This document shows positions 39,091 to 51,834 of a stretch of 64,000 nt of DNA, piece by piece; the first letter of the stretch is position 1; each line of letters starts with the position of its first letter. Source of the stretch: Felis catus (Eukaryota); assembly GCF_018350175.1 (NCBI RefSeq), contig NC_058368.1:232750001-232814000 (forward strand), written 5' to 3'. Both the position numbers and the translations under genes were made by a program. The notes below the pieces were generated by a model, which was not told the origin of the DNA, made no database searches, and saw only the letters and a program-made list of their open reading frames with translations.

Positions 39091-39763
39091 ATTACATACC
39101 ACAGTTAACTTAAAAGACAAAACAAAACAGAGAGCCTGAATGGCTACATAATCATTAAAAAAAATAACATAAAAACTAGGTCAGTTGTTCCAAGTATTTC
39201 CATAAATAAAATAATACCAGGCAGAGATAATTTTATGGTGAGTTCTACCAAAATTTCAGAGAATAGATCATTCAAATAGCATACAAACCCTTCCACAAAT
39301 TTAAATAACAGGTTGCACTCCCCAAATCAGGTCATATACTAGGCAATAAACTTGATAATTGGCAAGAATAGCATGATAAAAAAAAATCAGGTCCTTCTGG
39401 AATAAAGATACAAACATTCAATACAAAATTTATCAAAGTAAGTCCTAGAATCTGTTACAAAAAAAAAAAAAAACCATAAGAAATAAACTGAATTTTTTAG
39501 TTAGAATGCAAATTTATAAGTAGGAATATCTATAAACGTCATTCCCACGTGAACTGATTCAAAGGAGAAAAAACTTGTTTATTTCAAAAGATTAGTAAGA
39601 TAGTATTCTATACCTATGCGTAACGTGTTAAAATGTACAATTTGAGAAATCGAGGAACTGATTGCAATCTACTTACCTCATAAAATGTATCAAGTATTTA
39701 TTGAAAACATCATTCTTCATGGTATAACATTAGAAACATTTCAAATCAGAAATAAGATCTGTA

Positions 39764-39960
39764 GGGGCACCTGGGTGGCTCAGTTGGTTAAGCGTCCCAC
39801 TTCAGCTCAGGTCACGATCTCACGGCCCATCGGTTCGAGCCCCATGCTGGGCTCTGTTCTGACAGCGAGGAGCCTGCTTGGGATTGTCTCTCTTTGCCCT
39901 CGCAGACTCATGCTCTCTCTCTCAAAATAAATAAATAAACTTTAGAAAACAAAGCAAAAC
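39764..39960 (+). mobile_element. CAN-SINE inside L1
   Basis: Head and A tail; TSD core AAATAAGA. Confidence 0.92.
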
Positions 39961-40562
39961 AATGCAAAATAAGACACGCATACCTACTACTACTATTTCA
40001 CATTCATTATCATCCTGGAGCTATACACAATGCTCTAAGATTACAAACAATTCAAGAAATATAATGTATATCCATATTGGTAAGAAAGAAATATAATGCA
40101 TATTTACATACAATGTTTTTCTATGGTCTAAGCCTAAATAATCTATAGATGAGGTACTAGAATTGATGAGCAAGTTTGCTAGATATACAAGATTAATTCA
40201 GAAAAGTCAATCATATTTATATACACCAGTAATTACGTTTTAGAAAATGTAACTTTTCAAAAGACACAATTTTAAAAAGTGACGGGAGAGATTTAAATCT
40301 AAACATAAATTAACAAAAGATGTGCAAAACCTATATGAAGAAAATATACAACTTTACTGGGAGACCATAAGGCCCTGGATAAGTGGTGAGCTATAACCTG
40401 TTCAAGGACAGAAAGCTATAAAACGAGAAAGATTCAGTTCTCCGAAAATTGATTCATTGATTCGTATACTAACAATCAAGATCCCGAAAGCGTTTTTGGA
40501 GAAACCTGACAAGATAATTCAAAACTGTGTATTGAATTCAAAGACCCAAGAAGAGCTGATAC

Positions 40563-40566
<4 letters not shown>

Positions 40567-40602
<36 letters not shown>
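40567..40602 (+). repeat. Poly(A) run (~36 nt)
   Basis: Read directly. Confidence 0.95.
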
Positions 40603-40607
<5 letters not shown>

Positions 40608-41254
40608 GTTTTCCTATGATAATATTGAAAACATACTTAGATTTGGATGCATTACCACCTTGGAATACATACAGCAGTAAAAATGAATTAAATAACTGTA
40701 ACAGGCAAGAGCACAGAAGAGCCTTGCGACGAGGAACATGAACTTGCAGGGAAGCCTGTGTGAGGGATCCTTTCCCGCAAAGCATCCAAGGCTGCTGCAG
40801 AATGATGGAGCCCTAGTCGGGTGAGGAGAGTGCCCTTGACAGTAGCTTGGCTTGGTGTATCAAAACCCTAGGCGAGCAGAGACAGCCACACAAGGAAGGG
40901 GTCAGCCTAACGAGAAGTGTGAAAGGTTGAGGAGAGAGGAGAAAGTTCATGTGCACAATCAGCTGGCTTGAGACACCAGGACCCAAGGCGGAAGTGGGCA
41001 TAGATGGGTTTGGTATATCAGAGGCTGAACATCAGAAGAAGGGATACGAACCTGGGAACAGTGACAGGCCAATAGCAGGTTCTGGTTTAGAATATCATTA
41101 TGCTTCGCTAAAAGAGACTGGGGCTCCCTGGAGAAATGGCTAGCACCTAGGCAGGGGTGGGGAACCAGTACGAGATGAGTTTGGAACATCCCGGGCCAAA
41201 AAGGAAAGAAGGGCGGAAAGAATGATGGTGACATATGCATAGTTTCAGAGAACC

Positions 41255-41885
41255 TCACCACAAAGTGCTTATTGCAAGGGGGGAAATATAGTAACTTTGC
41301 AGTGGAAGCCTGATTATTTGATCTCCACCTTAATCAAGCCATCAAAGCGAAGATCATCATTACTGGAACAAACTGAAATTGCTCGTGACCTGATAGAATG
41401 CAGTGAGAATACGGTAATCATTTCGTGACATTTCTGTCGAGGATACGTAACTTGAATTTAACCTCGAGGAAACATCCACCTGAAATTGAGGAAGGATCTA
41501 CAAAATAACTGGTCTGCAGTCTTCCAAACTGTCATCATGAAAGTCATGGAAAGACTCTGGAAATATATCAGACCAAGACAGACTAAAGAGTCATGACAAT
41601 CGAGGGCAGTGTAACATTCTGAACTGATCCCTTTCACTAGAAAGGTCATTACCCGAACAATTTATAAAGATTGAATGGAGATTGAGCATTAGAAGGTAGC
41701 AATGCATCAACATTAAGTTCATGATTTTGATGGCTGCATTGCAGTGAGGCAGGAGAATGTTCTTGTTTGTAGGCAATACACAGGAATGGGGAGTCAGGTT
41801 GGTAACATTCCCAAGTGATTCAGAAGCACCTTCTTTGAACTGTACCTGCAATTTTTCTGCAAATTTTAAATGCTTTCAAAATTAA
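41255..41885 (+). mobile_element. L1MC-like 3' end
   Basis: CCACCTTAATCAAG ... CTACAAAATAACTGGTCTG ... CAACATTAAGTTCATGATTTTGAT ... CTTTGAACTGTACCTGCAATTTTTCTG. Confidence 0.75.
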
Positions 41886-42319
41886 GAAAGAGACAAATGA
41901 GGGGAAATCATGATAAATATAATTCTCAGATTACTGGTTTCCTCTGGGGATGACAAAAAGGCATGAGATAAGAGCCTCAAAACAGTGACAGACCTAACAG
42001 TTCTCCCTGTTTGTAAGTTGGATAGTGACTTCATGGGTGCTTTCTTTATTTTGTATTATAATTTACATATATATTGTATTCCATAGTTTGCAGGTATAAA
42101 ATACCATGCATTGTAACGATTTTGAAATCTTACGTCTGAAAGACGATAGTATTAGGAGCACAGCAGACCTAACTGAAGCCTGACTGTGCCATTTACTCTC
42201 CCCATGAACTTGCTCAAGATTCTTAAGCATTCTGAGCTTAAGATTCTTCATCTGGAGAATAATAACCATTCACAGAACTGCTGTAAAGAGTTAGTAGACA
42301 ATATACATCGCCAATGTCC

Positions 42320-42860
42320 TTTAGCCAAAACTCACTAGAAATACACCTGTATATAAACTGGTTCAATTCATTACTCCTTGTAATGAGGCAGAATGTACAT
42401 CATAGGGAGCTATGGGGATCTTTCAGTGAGAGGATATAAGCAATAACTACTTACAGGATTGAGGCTTTGGTTGGGGCATTTGGTGGAACATCCAAGGAAG
42501 CAAGGTTTGCCCTCAACTGGATGGTGTCACAGAGCTGGGGTGATTCTCCAGTTGGGTGTCCCCACAAATCTTATCAATAGGGATGATAAAAATAAATAAA
42601 TTAAATTAAATTAAATTAAATCAAATTAAATAAAAGCTATAAATAGCAGAGTCATCAGCACCCCTTGAGTAAGTGAGAGCAGTGTTTGGTGTTTTGTGTC
42701 GCACAGTGACCTTGTTGATACTCTGTGATAGTTCACATCCAGGGGAGAACACAACAATCTAGACTTGGACGTCAGACTAGCTTGTGACAACACTGGGGTC
42801 TAACTGCGAACTTCAGATCAGTTCCCAACATCGGGGGCTGTTTTTGTTTGTTTCCAACAT
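42320..42860. mobile_element. Probable old LTR
   Basis: LTR-like pattern ending TTTCCAACA, with an internal (ATTAA)n tract. Family uncertain. Confidence 0.3.
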
Positions 42861-43555
42861 AAACTGTTGGCACAGTATTTTAACTCCTTTGATCAGAGGC
42901 ATTGGTGAACTGGGTAGAGCAGACTAACATCAGCAGCTGCACCCCCTTCTAGAATCCGGGCTGGGCCTTTTCTTCTTTGGCTTTGCCGCTGATCACACTG
43001 ATGCGATCACACTGATGGAATGCTAAGGATAGACTGCTCAGACAGAAACGCGTCTACTTCGATGTTGTCTTGCTCTGGTAAATTCTTTGAAGATATTTCC
43101 TACCCTAAGAAAACCCATCAAATCCTCTAGCCATGAAAATCTACGGACGTCAAAGACAGCATTTGGATAATGCTAGCATTAAGTAAATGTCAGATGAAAA
43201 TCAGATTGATTTAACATCAGTATATATTCGTAACAGGACTTGTGTAAGTGTTTGTGTTAAATTTCCTATTCGAGTGGGGACCTTCCCATATTAGTTGAAG
43301 TAATTCAAACACATTTGTGTTATTTGCTTTTATGGTTCTGAGGGAAGGAGCCAGTCTGAGGTGTATGTCCACACACTGTGCTCCAGAGCCTACGCTTTTT
43401 ACCGCCATGACTTGCTGCCTCTCCAAGGCGGGGCTCCTAAGTTTTCTGATCCAGACATCAAGATTTTCCCTGTAGATCGCGAACCTGTAGAAATGGGACC
43501 AAATGATCATATCTAACAATGTATATTCTTTCAGATTTAAAAAAGTTCCTGAATC

Positions 43556-43666
43556 GGGGCGCCTGGGTGGCTCAGGTGGTTAAGCACCTGACTCTTGGTT
43601 TCCGCTCTGGTCATGTGCATGAGATCAAGCCCCACATCCAGCTGGGTGCTGACAGCATGGAGCCTG

Positions 43667-43721
<55 letters not shown>

Positions 43722-43746
43722 ATAAATCAATAAACCTAAAAATGTT
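43556..43746 (+). mobile_element. CAN-SINE with long (CT)n
   Basis: Head, (CT) run of about 23 units, and tail. Confidence 0.9.
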
Positions 43747-43764
43747 AAAATTCTTGTATCTATA

Positions 43765-43965
43765 CCTCTGTGTCCCTTTTCAAACATGCTTCCTGCTCAT
43801 TTGTTTCATGTCTTCATCAATCATTTCAAAGAACATAGACTTGGGTGTTTGGATTAACCTCATTTTTTTTCTACTCTCCTCGTGTAATTTTTCCTCTTAT
43901 TTCTTTCCTTCTACTTTGTGTATTTTGTTATTCTTTTATCAAGCTCTGTTTATTGACTTGCAGTG
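43765..43965 (-). mobile_element. L1 ORF2 fragment
   Basis: Minus strand reads ...AAAGTAGAAGGAAAGAAATAA ... ATGTTCTTTGAAATGATTGATGAA, resembling the ORF2 KSWFFEKINKID region. Confidence 0.5.
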
Positions 43966-44517
43966 TTCTGCACTTGACTTCCTGTACTTGAGCCTACTGT
44001 AGGTCAGGAACAGGGGACCCCCCGTTCTTCCACTGCATCCCTTTTAGAACCACTCTAGCTGAGCTCTGTACCCGCGAACCCACGGAAACTGCTTGTCAGC
44101 CCCTGTGGCCTGCAGGTTGTTAACCCCCACAAACACTTCCCCGCATGCCTCCTACTTCAGCTACAGACAGTGATGGACCCACAGACCCTACATCCCCAGC
44201 AACACTCCATTGTTCTCCAGTGTATCAGTCCTTCAATCTAACTCGCCATTCTCCTCAGGCTCACTCGCTTCCTCCTCCCCCAAACTTCTCAACCAACAAT
44301 CTAGCATATCTGCTCCCTAGAGCATGTCACTTAACACCCCTTTCACTACACAAGACTATAACCATGTAATAATGGGTAATAATCATGTAATAAGCATTAT
44401 TTTCTTGATTCATTCATTAGTGTTTAAAACAACAAAAAGGAAAGACAGTGTCAATTTAAAGTTTGTATTCCAATTCAGAAAAATAGGTCATGTTTGAACT
44501 AAAATTTGTATTTTCCA

Positions 44518-44790
44518 GGGGCGCCTGGGTGGCTCTGTCAGTTAAGCCTCCAATTTCAGTTCAGGTCATGATCTCACTGCTCATAGGTTCGAGACCAGCG
44601 TTGGGCTCTGTGCTGACAGCTCAGAGCTTGGGGCCTGCTTCAGATTCTGTGTCTCCCTCTATCTCTGCCCCTCCTCCACTTGCACTCTGTCTCTCTCTAA
44701 AAAAAAGAAAAGAAAAGAAAAGAAAAGAAAAGAAAAGAAAAGAAAAGAAAAGAAAAGAAAAGAAAAGAAAAGAAACATTAAAAAAATATT
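44518..44790 (+). mobile_element. CAN-SINE with (GAAAA)n tail
   Basis: TSD AAAT(T/C)TGTATTTTCCA; pentamer array ~44702-44775. Confidence 0.93.
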
Positions 44791-45499
44791 TAAATCTGTA
44801 TTTTCCAAACAAAAATATGCAACTTACAATTCATACCGTTTTAAAACATAATAAAAAAAAATTAAGTTGTCACATAGAAGGGGAGAATCAAAGTCCTTGC
44901 TGGCTGTTTTCTTGATCCACAAATGCTGTGTTCCGACCACATTCACGGTTCAGTCAGTCACTTCCAATGAACCTTAGACCAGTGTCATCTGCAGAATCTT
45001 CAAATAGGATGCTGTTGGGACGGCCGCAGGGAGCTACAGAAATCTAAGTGCCCAATTATCATTTAATATTGTTTACTTGGACATTTTCAACTTAAAATGA
45101 CTGTGAGTTTTGTCTTCGGTTCCTTCCCACGCATCCAGGTTTACAAAAATCTCTTACGCTGAAAGTCCTTGTAGAAGGGAATAAAGGTAATTTCCGGGGT
45201 TAGGGGCAGGCACAAGGTAGGAGGCGGAGTCAGTAACGCCTGGAACAGCTCTTAAGCAGAAAGAGGAATCCCATGTTTCACATCTCTGCATGAATCTCCC
45301 TTAAGGTCCTCAGTTCAGTTTGAGGAAGATTACATCTGGCCAGATGACTCTCCTGTACTACTCTTCATATGTGTTGCTACATCCTTTCCACAAAGTCGGG
45401 ATTCTAATAAAGACATTTCTGCCAAATAATACTTTATGTTCATCATCTTAAAAAATACAAAGCTCTCAATACAAAACAAAAAAAGTTTTCAACAGTATA

Positions 45500-45885
45500 A
45501 GCTATGTTGTGGTAACAAATACCATGTTGTAGTTACAAATAGCATAAACTATGTTGTGGTAACAAATTGACCCCTGAAACTCAGTAGCTTAGCATGACAG
45601 TTTATTTCTTATTCACAATATCTGTCTACGACAAGTTAGCAATGGGCTCTACTCTACCAAGTATTCAGGGACACAGATAAATCGAGGCTGTACCGTCTGG
45701 GACGGGACATCTCCACAGTCCCCCGCAGCTGCTGCAGGGGTGAACACCCACGGGAGGGTCATGCGTGGCCCTTAAGTGTCCATATCCAATTGGCCAGGCC
45801 AGCATCACGGTCCCTCCTACTGTAAGAGGGCTGAGAAATAGAGGGGAGCTCACGGGTGTCCCACGAACAACCAACGTCTCCATCA
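45500..45885 (-). mobile_element. Old MLT1 LTR
   Basis: CTATGTTGTGGTAACAAAT ... CTCAGTAGCTTAGCA ... TTTATTTCTTATTCAC ... ATTGGCCAGGCCAGCATCACGG. Confidence 0.6.
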
Positions 45886-46244
45886 GTGGTGTTCAAGAGT
45901 CTTCTCTGACACTGTGAAATCTGACTAGAAATTTAATAAAGCAAAGAAAGAAGCCATATTGATATTTGGAGACAATGTTGATGACTCTGACATATGATGC
46001 CCTGCCTGCTCTGAGTTTCTAGGGAACAGCTACACCAATTTTATAAGTATTCTCATGGGAATAACTATCTCAATCATCTGTCCCCTTTCTCCCTGTGTCC
46101 CTCCCCTCCCCTCTCCCGCATCGCTGCTTGGTTCAAACAGCAACACCTTTCCCTGGTTACTTTAGCAGCCCTACATATCATATAACATCATTGCTGTTAC
46201 TTTACATCCTTCAGTAACTTATCACCATCAAGATTAGAATTTAG

Positions 46245-46350
46245 GGGGTGTCTTGGTGGCTCAGTCAGGGAAGCATCAGCCTCTTGATCTCAGCTCAGGT
46301 CTTGATCTCATGGTCATGAGTTCAAGCCCCATGCTGGGCTCTGCACTGGG
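46245..46350 (+). mobile_element. 3'-truncated (tailless) CAN-SINE
   Basis: Only the tRNA-like 5' part, flanked by perfect 16-bp CAAGATTAGAATTTAG repeats. Confidence 0.85.
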
Positions 46351-46607
46351 CAAGATTAGAATTTAGAATTAGAATAAAATCGTAGTTCAAAAGGCTGATA
46401 AGCACATTCCTGATTGACACTAACCCACATCCCCACTCACTACTTTTCCACATAGACCCTAACTGCTCTCTAATTGCCTATTTAAAATTTAGCATTCAGG
46501 AAAAACGCACAGTGCTCTGAACATCACTCCAAGGACTCCTAGAATAAAGTTAACAAATAGAGTGAAATGATGGGGAAAAAAGAGTTCATTTAAAAAAAAA
46601 AAGTGTT

Positions 46608-46803
46608 GGGGCGCCTGCGTGGCTCAGGTGGTTAAGCATCTGACTCTTGATTTCGGCTCAGGCCATGACCTCATGGTCGTGAGTTCAAGCTCCCAGTCAT
46701 GCTTGAATGCAGAGCCTGCTTGGGATTCTCTCTCTCCCTCTCCTTCAGTCTCTCCCTCACTCATTTTCTCACTCTCTCTCTCAAAATAAATAAACTTAAA
46801 AAA
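46608..46803 (+). mobile_element. CAN-SINE
   Basis: Head, (CT)n and tail. Confidence 0.92.
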
Positions 46804-47417
46804 ATTAATGCTTACAAATTTGCTCTTTGGAATATATCTTATAAACATTTTCTAAACACTATTATTTGTTACACTTATTGGTAAACTAGATACTATGTGT
46901 AACTGCTTTCATTTCAGGAAGAAATCAAGTGGAACTGTTTTGAATACCAACAGGCTTGGACACCGTTCGTAACCCCGAGTATTTAAGTAGCAGAAATTCG
47001 CAGGTAAGTCTCTTCCCACAGGCAGCAGGGCACAGTAGGGTTTAGACCCTAAATTTGTGTTTCCCCTTCTTCCAGAAACAGCGCTGTGCACCCAGACAAG
47101 TGCCTTCATTTTGTCATGCATTAGTTTCTTTGCTGGAATACAGGCATGAGGCCCATCTCACCCACCATAAAGGTTGTTTTAAGTAATCAGTATGAGAAAA
47201 TCCATTTATTATCAAGTACATATGTATTAGTTCACATCTGCCCTAAAACAGTATAAAGTGTGAATTTTGACAATGTCCGTTTCATCAACCGAAATCAATG
47301 TTGAGTGAATATTAAAAAAAGTCGCAATGAAATTTCAGACTACACTTTATATTTCCAGCCTCATAAAACACGAACTTGATAAACGCTTTAAAATATTATC
47401 AGAAACATACCTTTGAA

Positions 47418-47633
47418 GGACACCTGGGTGGCTCAGTAGGTTGCGCGTCTGACTTCAGCTCAGGTCATGATCTTCACGAGTTCCAGGCCCGTGTCGGGCT
47501 CTGTGCTCACAGCTCGGAGCCTGGAGCCTGCTTTGGATTCTGTGTCTCCCTCTCTCTCTCTGCCCCTCCCCTGTTCATGCTGTCTCTCTCACTCTCAAAA
47601 ATGAATAAATGTTAAAAAAAAAAATTAAAAAAA
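47418..47633 (+). mobile_element. CAN-SINE
   Basis: TSD AGAAACATA(C/G)CTTTGAA. Confidence 0.94.
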
Positions 47634-48149
47634 AGAAACATAGCTTTGAAAATAACTGTTTGAAAAAGTTATATTAATATATAATCTGCTGTGCTGTACA
47701 TGTGCCTTTAAATGCAGTAATCCCAAAATTCAATATATTATGAAGGGGACTCCTCATAAGAATTCTAACTTATTTTTAATTTAGAACTCAAGTTCCTATG
47801 AGTTAAATACCTACCGAGTCACCGTTAGTATCTATGCCTATCAGGAAGTCTTTACACATATAGATACGGATTCCCTGTGAATTGGTCAAGAACCCTGCAA
47901 GGTCCTCCAGGAGGTACAGGCAGCCTGAGGAGGTGCTGACCGAGTGGTGAGAGCTGTCTCTCAGCTCAGGGGCCTACAGGCAGCAGGGCAGTTCAGAGAA
48001 GGTCAGAGGCACAGGAAGGGACATGGCAGACAGAGACCAGGTCATATCAAATCACGAGGTTTTCTTTTCTGTGGTTCAGTGTTTACCCACCCTTGTTTCC
48101 AGACAAGCACATAAAAGACCAAGTCTTAGCTTCAGAAAAATGGCTTTCT

Positions 48150-48414
48150 GGGGGCCCGGGTGGCTCAGTCAGTTAAGTGTCTGACTCTTGATTTCAGCTC
48201 AGGTCATGATCCCAAGGTTTGAGCCTCACGTCCACACTGTCAGTGCAGACTCAGCTTGGACTCTCTCTCTCCCTCTTTCCCTCTTCCCCTCACCCCCCAA
48301 AATAAATGGGTGAACATTAAAAAAAGAAGAAGAAAAGAAAGGAAAAGAAAAAAGAAGAAAAGAAAAGAAAAGAAAAGAAAAGAAAAGAAAAGAAAAGAAA
48401 AGAAAAGAAAAAAG

Positions 48415-48445
<31 letters not shown>
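48150..48445 (+). mobile_element. CAN-SINE with long (GAAAA)n tail
   Basis: Head plus a purine-only array at ~48319-48449. Confidence 0.88.
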
Positions 48446-48621
48446 GAAATGGGGTTTCAGAGTTCTCAGCCTACAAGGCCTCTTCCTGGTTCTATGACCT
48501 AATATCCTTGATGCTACTGACTCCCTTTGCTTTCAATGAGTCTAGTTTTCCAGCTTCAACTATCCCTCATTTAAATCCTTGGCTATGTATCATCTCTAGA
48601 GAATTAAAGAAAAAAAAAGGC

Positions 48622-48824
48622 GGGGCGCCTGGGTGGCGCAGTCGCTTAAGGGTCCAACTTCAGCCAGGTCACGATCTCACGGTCCATGAATTCGAGCCCC
48701 ACGTCCGGCTCTGGGCTGATGGCTCAGAGCCTGGAGCCTGTTTCCGATTCTGTGTCTCCCTCTCTCTCTGCCCCTCCCCCGTTCATGCTCTGTCTCTCTC
48801 TGTCCCAAAAATAAATAAACGTTG
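48622..48824 (+). mobile_element. Young felid CAN-SINE
   Basis: GGGTGGCGCAG and TTCAGCCAGG diagnostics; perfect 16-bp TSD AAAGAAAAAAAAAGGC. Confidence 0.96.
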
Positions 48825-48884
48825 AAAGAAAAAAAAAGGCATATGTGATGATGCAAGGATGTTTATAACCATTCTTTTACCAGA

Positions 48885-49290
48885 TCCTCCTTAATTCACT
48901 AAACTCTCTCCCTTGCTCCGACACCAAGGTCACCACTGGAGTTCCTTCCAGAGCCTTCTTTGGAAAAAGGTCAGTTTCCTATCTGGAATCTCCACTCCTC
49001 CTCCCCACACACCCTTAGCCCTTCAGCCACAGAGAAGATTCTAAAATGCAAATCCGGTCTGGTCCTTCCACTACTTAAAGTCTTTCAAAGACTCCCCACC
49101 CACTGGCCCCAGGGTAAAACCTCATTTCTCTCCACGGAGACTTGCAGCTCCTCTCTGCCTCTTGTTTCCTTCTCATCTCTCAAGACACATTCCGGACTCA
49201 TCCTCCAAGTGCCAAGCTTTTTTTTTACACTTTCAATGCTTTTTTCACTCTTGCCCCCCAGCTTGGAATATTTGCCAACTTTAGCTCTCG
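48885..49290 (+). mobile_element. L2 relic
   Basis: CAGCCACAGAGAAGATTCTAAAATGCAAATCCGGTC ... CTACTTAAAGTCTTTCAAAGACTCCC. Confidence 0.6.
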
Positions 49291-49419
49291 GCTCTGTACA
49301 CGGAAACGCCGCTCCTGGTGACATTTGCACACGCTCTCTCCCAGGAAACAGGGAGGCCGAACTGTTTGGCGGTTCCGTCACACAGAGCGAAACCGGGCTG
49401 CGCAGATATCAGTAGGGGC

Positions 49420-49580
49420 TTGGCCACTTAAGAGCGGTGAGGCCTTTGGCACAATACTCTCTGTGCCTCGGTTTCTTCATCTGGAGATGTGAAGGATACG
49501 CATCACTAGTGTAAAGATTAAATGAGTTAGATTACGCTTAATGCATTAGACATGCTGTGCAAACGTTGCTATTGCTATTA
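49420..49580 (+). mobile_element. MIR SINE
   Basis: CTCTCTGTGCCTCGGTTTCTTCATCTG ... GATTAAATGAGTTA. Confidence 0.7.
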
Positions 49581-51344
49581 ATAGGCAATTGAGGACTTAC
49601 TACGTGCCTGGCCCTTTTCTTTGTGGTTTTATACGTCTTGACTCCTTTAATTCACAAGACGGGATGACCGTGCCCCTCCTGTGTGCTCTGGGTTACTCCC
49701 GCAACCCCTTAAAAAAACGCTGTCCTGAGTGTTTTTGACTTTCCCAACAGGTGGTTAAGCTCCCCGAGGTCAGGACACATGTCACGTGTATCCTTGTCTC
49801 CCACAGCGTCCTGATAGTGCCTGCTATTTTGTATGCAGTGACGAAATGGATTTGATTTTAACCTGGCTCCTCTTCGCAAAATACTTTGAAAAGCTTTTTG
49901 TGCTATTCACCTTCTCCTCAACCCGAGTTCTAACCTCCTCCACTAAAACCAGCCTTCCCAAGGTCACCAGGGCCTTGAAGTTTACCATGATCACTGTGCT
50001 GGCAGCATTCAATCCAGCTGACCACTGTCCTCCTTTCTGAGACATTGTTCTGGCATCCATGTCGCAGGGGTTTTGACAAGTTCTGAAGTACCAGGGGTGA
50101 TAACTTACTGGCTGACAGATCACTGTGGTATACGAGCTTCTGCGACCTACTGTAGCCTGAAATGTCCGAAACAGTACAATGCAAATTCCAAAGACAAACA
50201 GCTCAATTTAGAACATGAACCCGATACAGGTCCTATGTGATCTTGGGGAGTAACTTTTGCTGAGGCTTGACTGAGAGGGAGGGGAGTAGTGACAGAGGGG
50301 GACCATCAGGACATCACAGGAGCACATGTACAACCACTTTTAAGACTGAAGGTACTGCCACTCCCTCCTTCAGGGCGTTTTCCCACTAACTTCTCTGGTA
50401 ACAACCTTGTACATTCATAAGCAATTTTAGGTCCCACTCCAAGGATCCCTCACGGGCCAAGTCTCTTGTTGATAATTACTTTACATGACTTGCAAAATTA
50501 AGCATGGATTCTAAGTCACATGATTAGCAAGTAAGAGCAGGAGGCAAATTCTTGCACCGACTTCCACCACTGATCCTCAGCCCCGAATCCTTATCAAAAT
50601 AAAGGAAGGGGTTTGGTCCCCCAGTAAGGAACCGAGTCAGACTCTCCAGGAAGGTAGGATTTAGACATGTATAAGCCGTAAAGGCTCCCATGGAGGTTTT
50701 GATGAGTTGCCCTGTTTAAGAACCAGGCATCAGACGAAGGTGCCTGTAGGAACACCAATCAAGATTTTACACTGAGCTAGGCGAGGCTTTCCAAAGACTG
50801 GAGAAAACTCCTCCCCAGCAGAGACATGAACCCAGGGATACAAATGGCCTTTCCTTAACATAAGGTTTAAAAATCGTCATAGTGTGTCAGGATCCTTTGA
50901 TTGCTATAAGCTACACAGCCCTGAAAAAATTTTTTAAAGTTTTTTAAAAAGGTTATCACACAAAAACAGACTTGCAAGACATTAAGTCCCTCAAATTTTT
51001 AAGACTGCAACAGCCACATAAAAATACAAATAAAAATGTTTTAATAAAAATATACTACATTTTTCTATTTTTTTTTTCCCCTGCGATGCTTCTGGCCCTT
51101 CAAAGATTATACAATGCTCCCATCTGTTACATAGGAAAATGTCTCTTCATTTACAAAATCAGACAAGTAAGACATACTATAGCACAAAAATTATCAAGGA
51201 TAAATCTGTACCTACTCTACTGGAGATACGCTAAACAATAATCACTCTGACCAGTGTGACGGCCTTAACTCTGAATGTACTTAAAATATAGAAAGAATAT
51301 TTATCACTACAGAGGGTTAATAGAGAAATGAATCCCTAATTTGT

Positions 51345-51535
51345 AAACAGAGTGATTCAAAGTCGGAATCTAGAGTCAGATTATATGGGCTTGAATCCCA
51401 GAATGTGCCATTTATGACAGGTGTAACTTTGAGCAAACTACTAAACTGACCTGGTCTCAGATTCCTCACCTTTAAAGGGGGCATAATAACATCTACCTGA
51501 TTAATGCAGTAAGAGAATGGAACACAGCACTTACA
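51345..51535 (+). mobile_element. MIR SINE
   Basis: TCTAGAGTCAGA ... GGGCTTGAATCCCAG ... TGTAACTTTGAGCAAACTACTAAAC ... CTCAGATTCCTCACCTTTAAAGGGG core. Confidence 0.75.
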
Positions 51536-51834
51536 AAACAAGCTTTTGTTGTTGCTGTTGCTTTTTTTGAAAAAGAAAAAAAAATAATTCAATTAAAATG
51601 TGTAGGTTTGTTGATGGATCTCCCATTCTACTGCTGAACCAAGCAATCATAATACGCTCCTTTACTCTCCAAGAATGAGTCTACCATCACTGAAAAACAT
51701 TTCAATATGCTCTGATAATTTTGCTTTTCCACAGCAGTTCATCAAGAGCAAAATAAAACTCATTCATAGAATTTCCACAGTGTCTACATCTAGAGGAACT
51801 GTCAGCAAAAAGCTGTAAAGAAAGATTTCAGTTG

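Larger units (their letters stand above)
37790..40700 (+). mobile_element. Old L1M ORF2 remnant, interrupted by the MER21-like LTR, a SINE and a poly(A)
   Basis: A-rich strand with ORF2-like segments, e.g. CCAGGCAGAGATAATTTTATGGTGAGTTCTACCAAAATTT and ACAAAAGATGTGCAAAACCTATATGAAGAAAATATACAACTTTACTG. Confidence 0.75.

Noticed and set aside
42991..43017. Direct repeat GATCACACTGATG x2
   Set aside because: A single short slippage duplication; no array or spacer structure, so not CRISPR-like.
48256..48825. 189-aa Lys/Arg/Glu-rich ORF
   Set aside because: Translation of a (GAAAA)n SINE tail plus an adjacent SINE.
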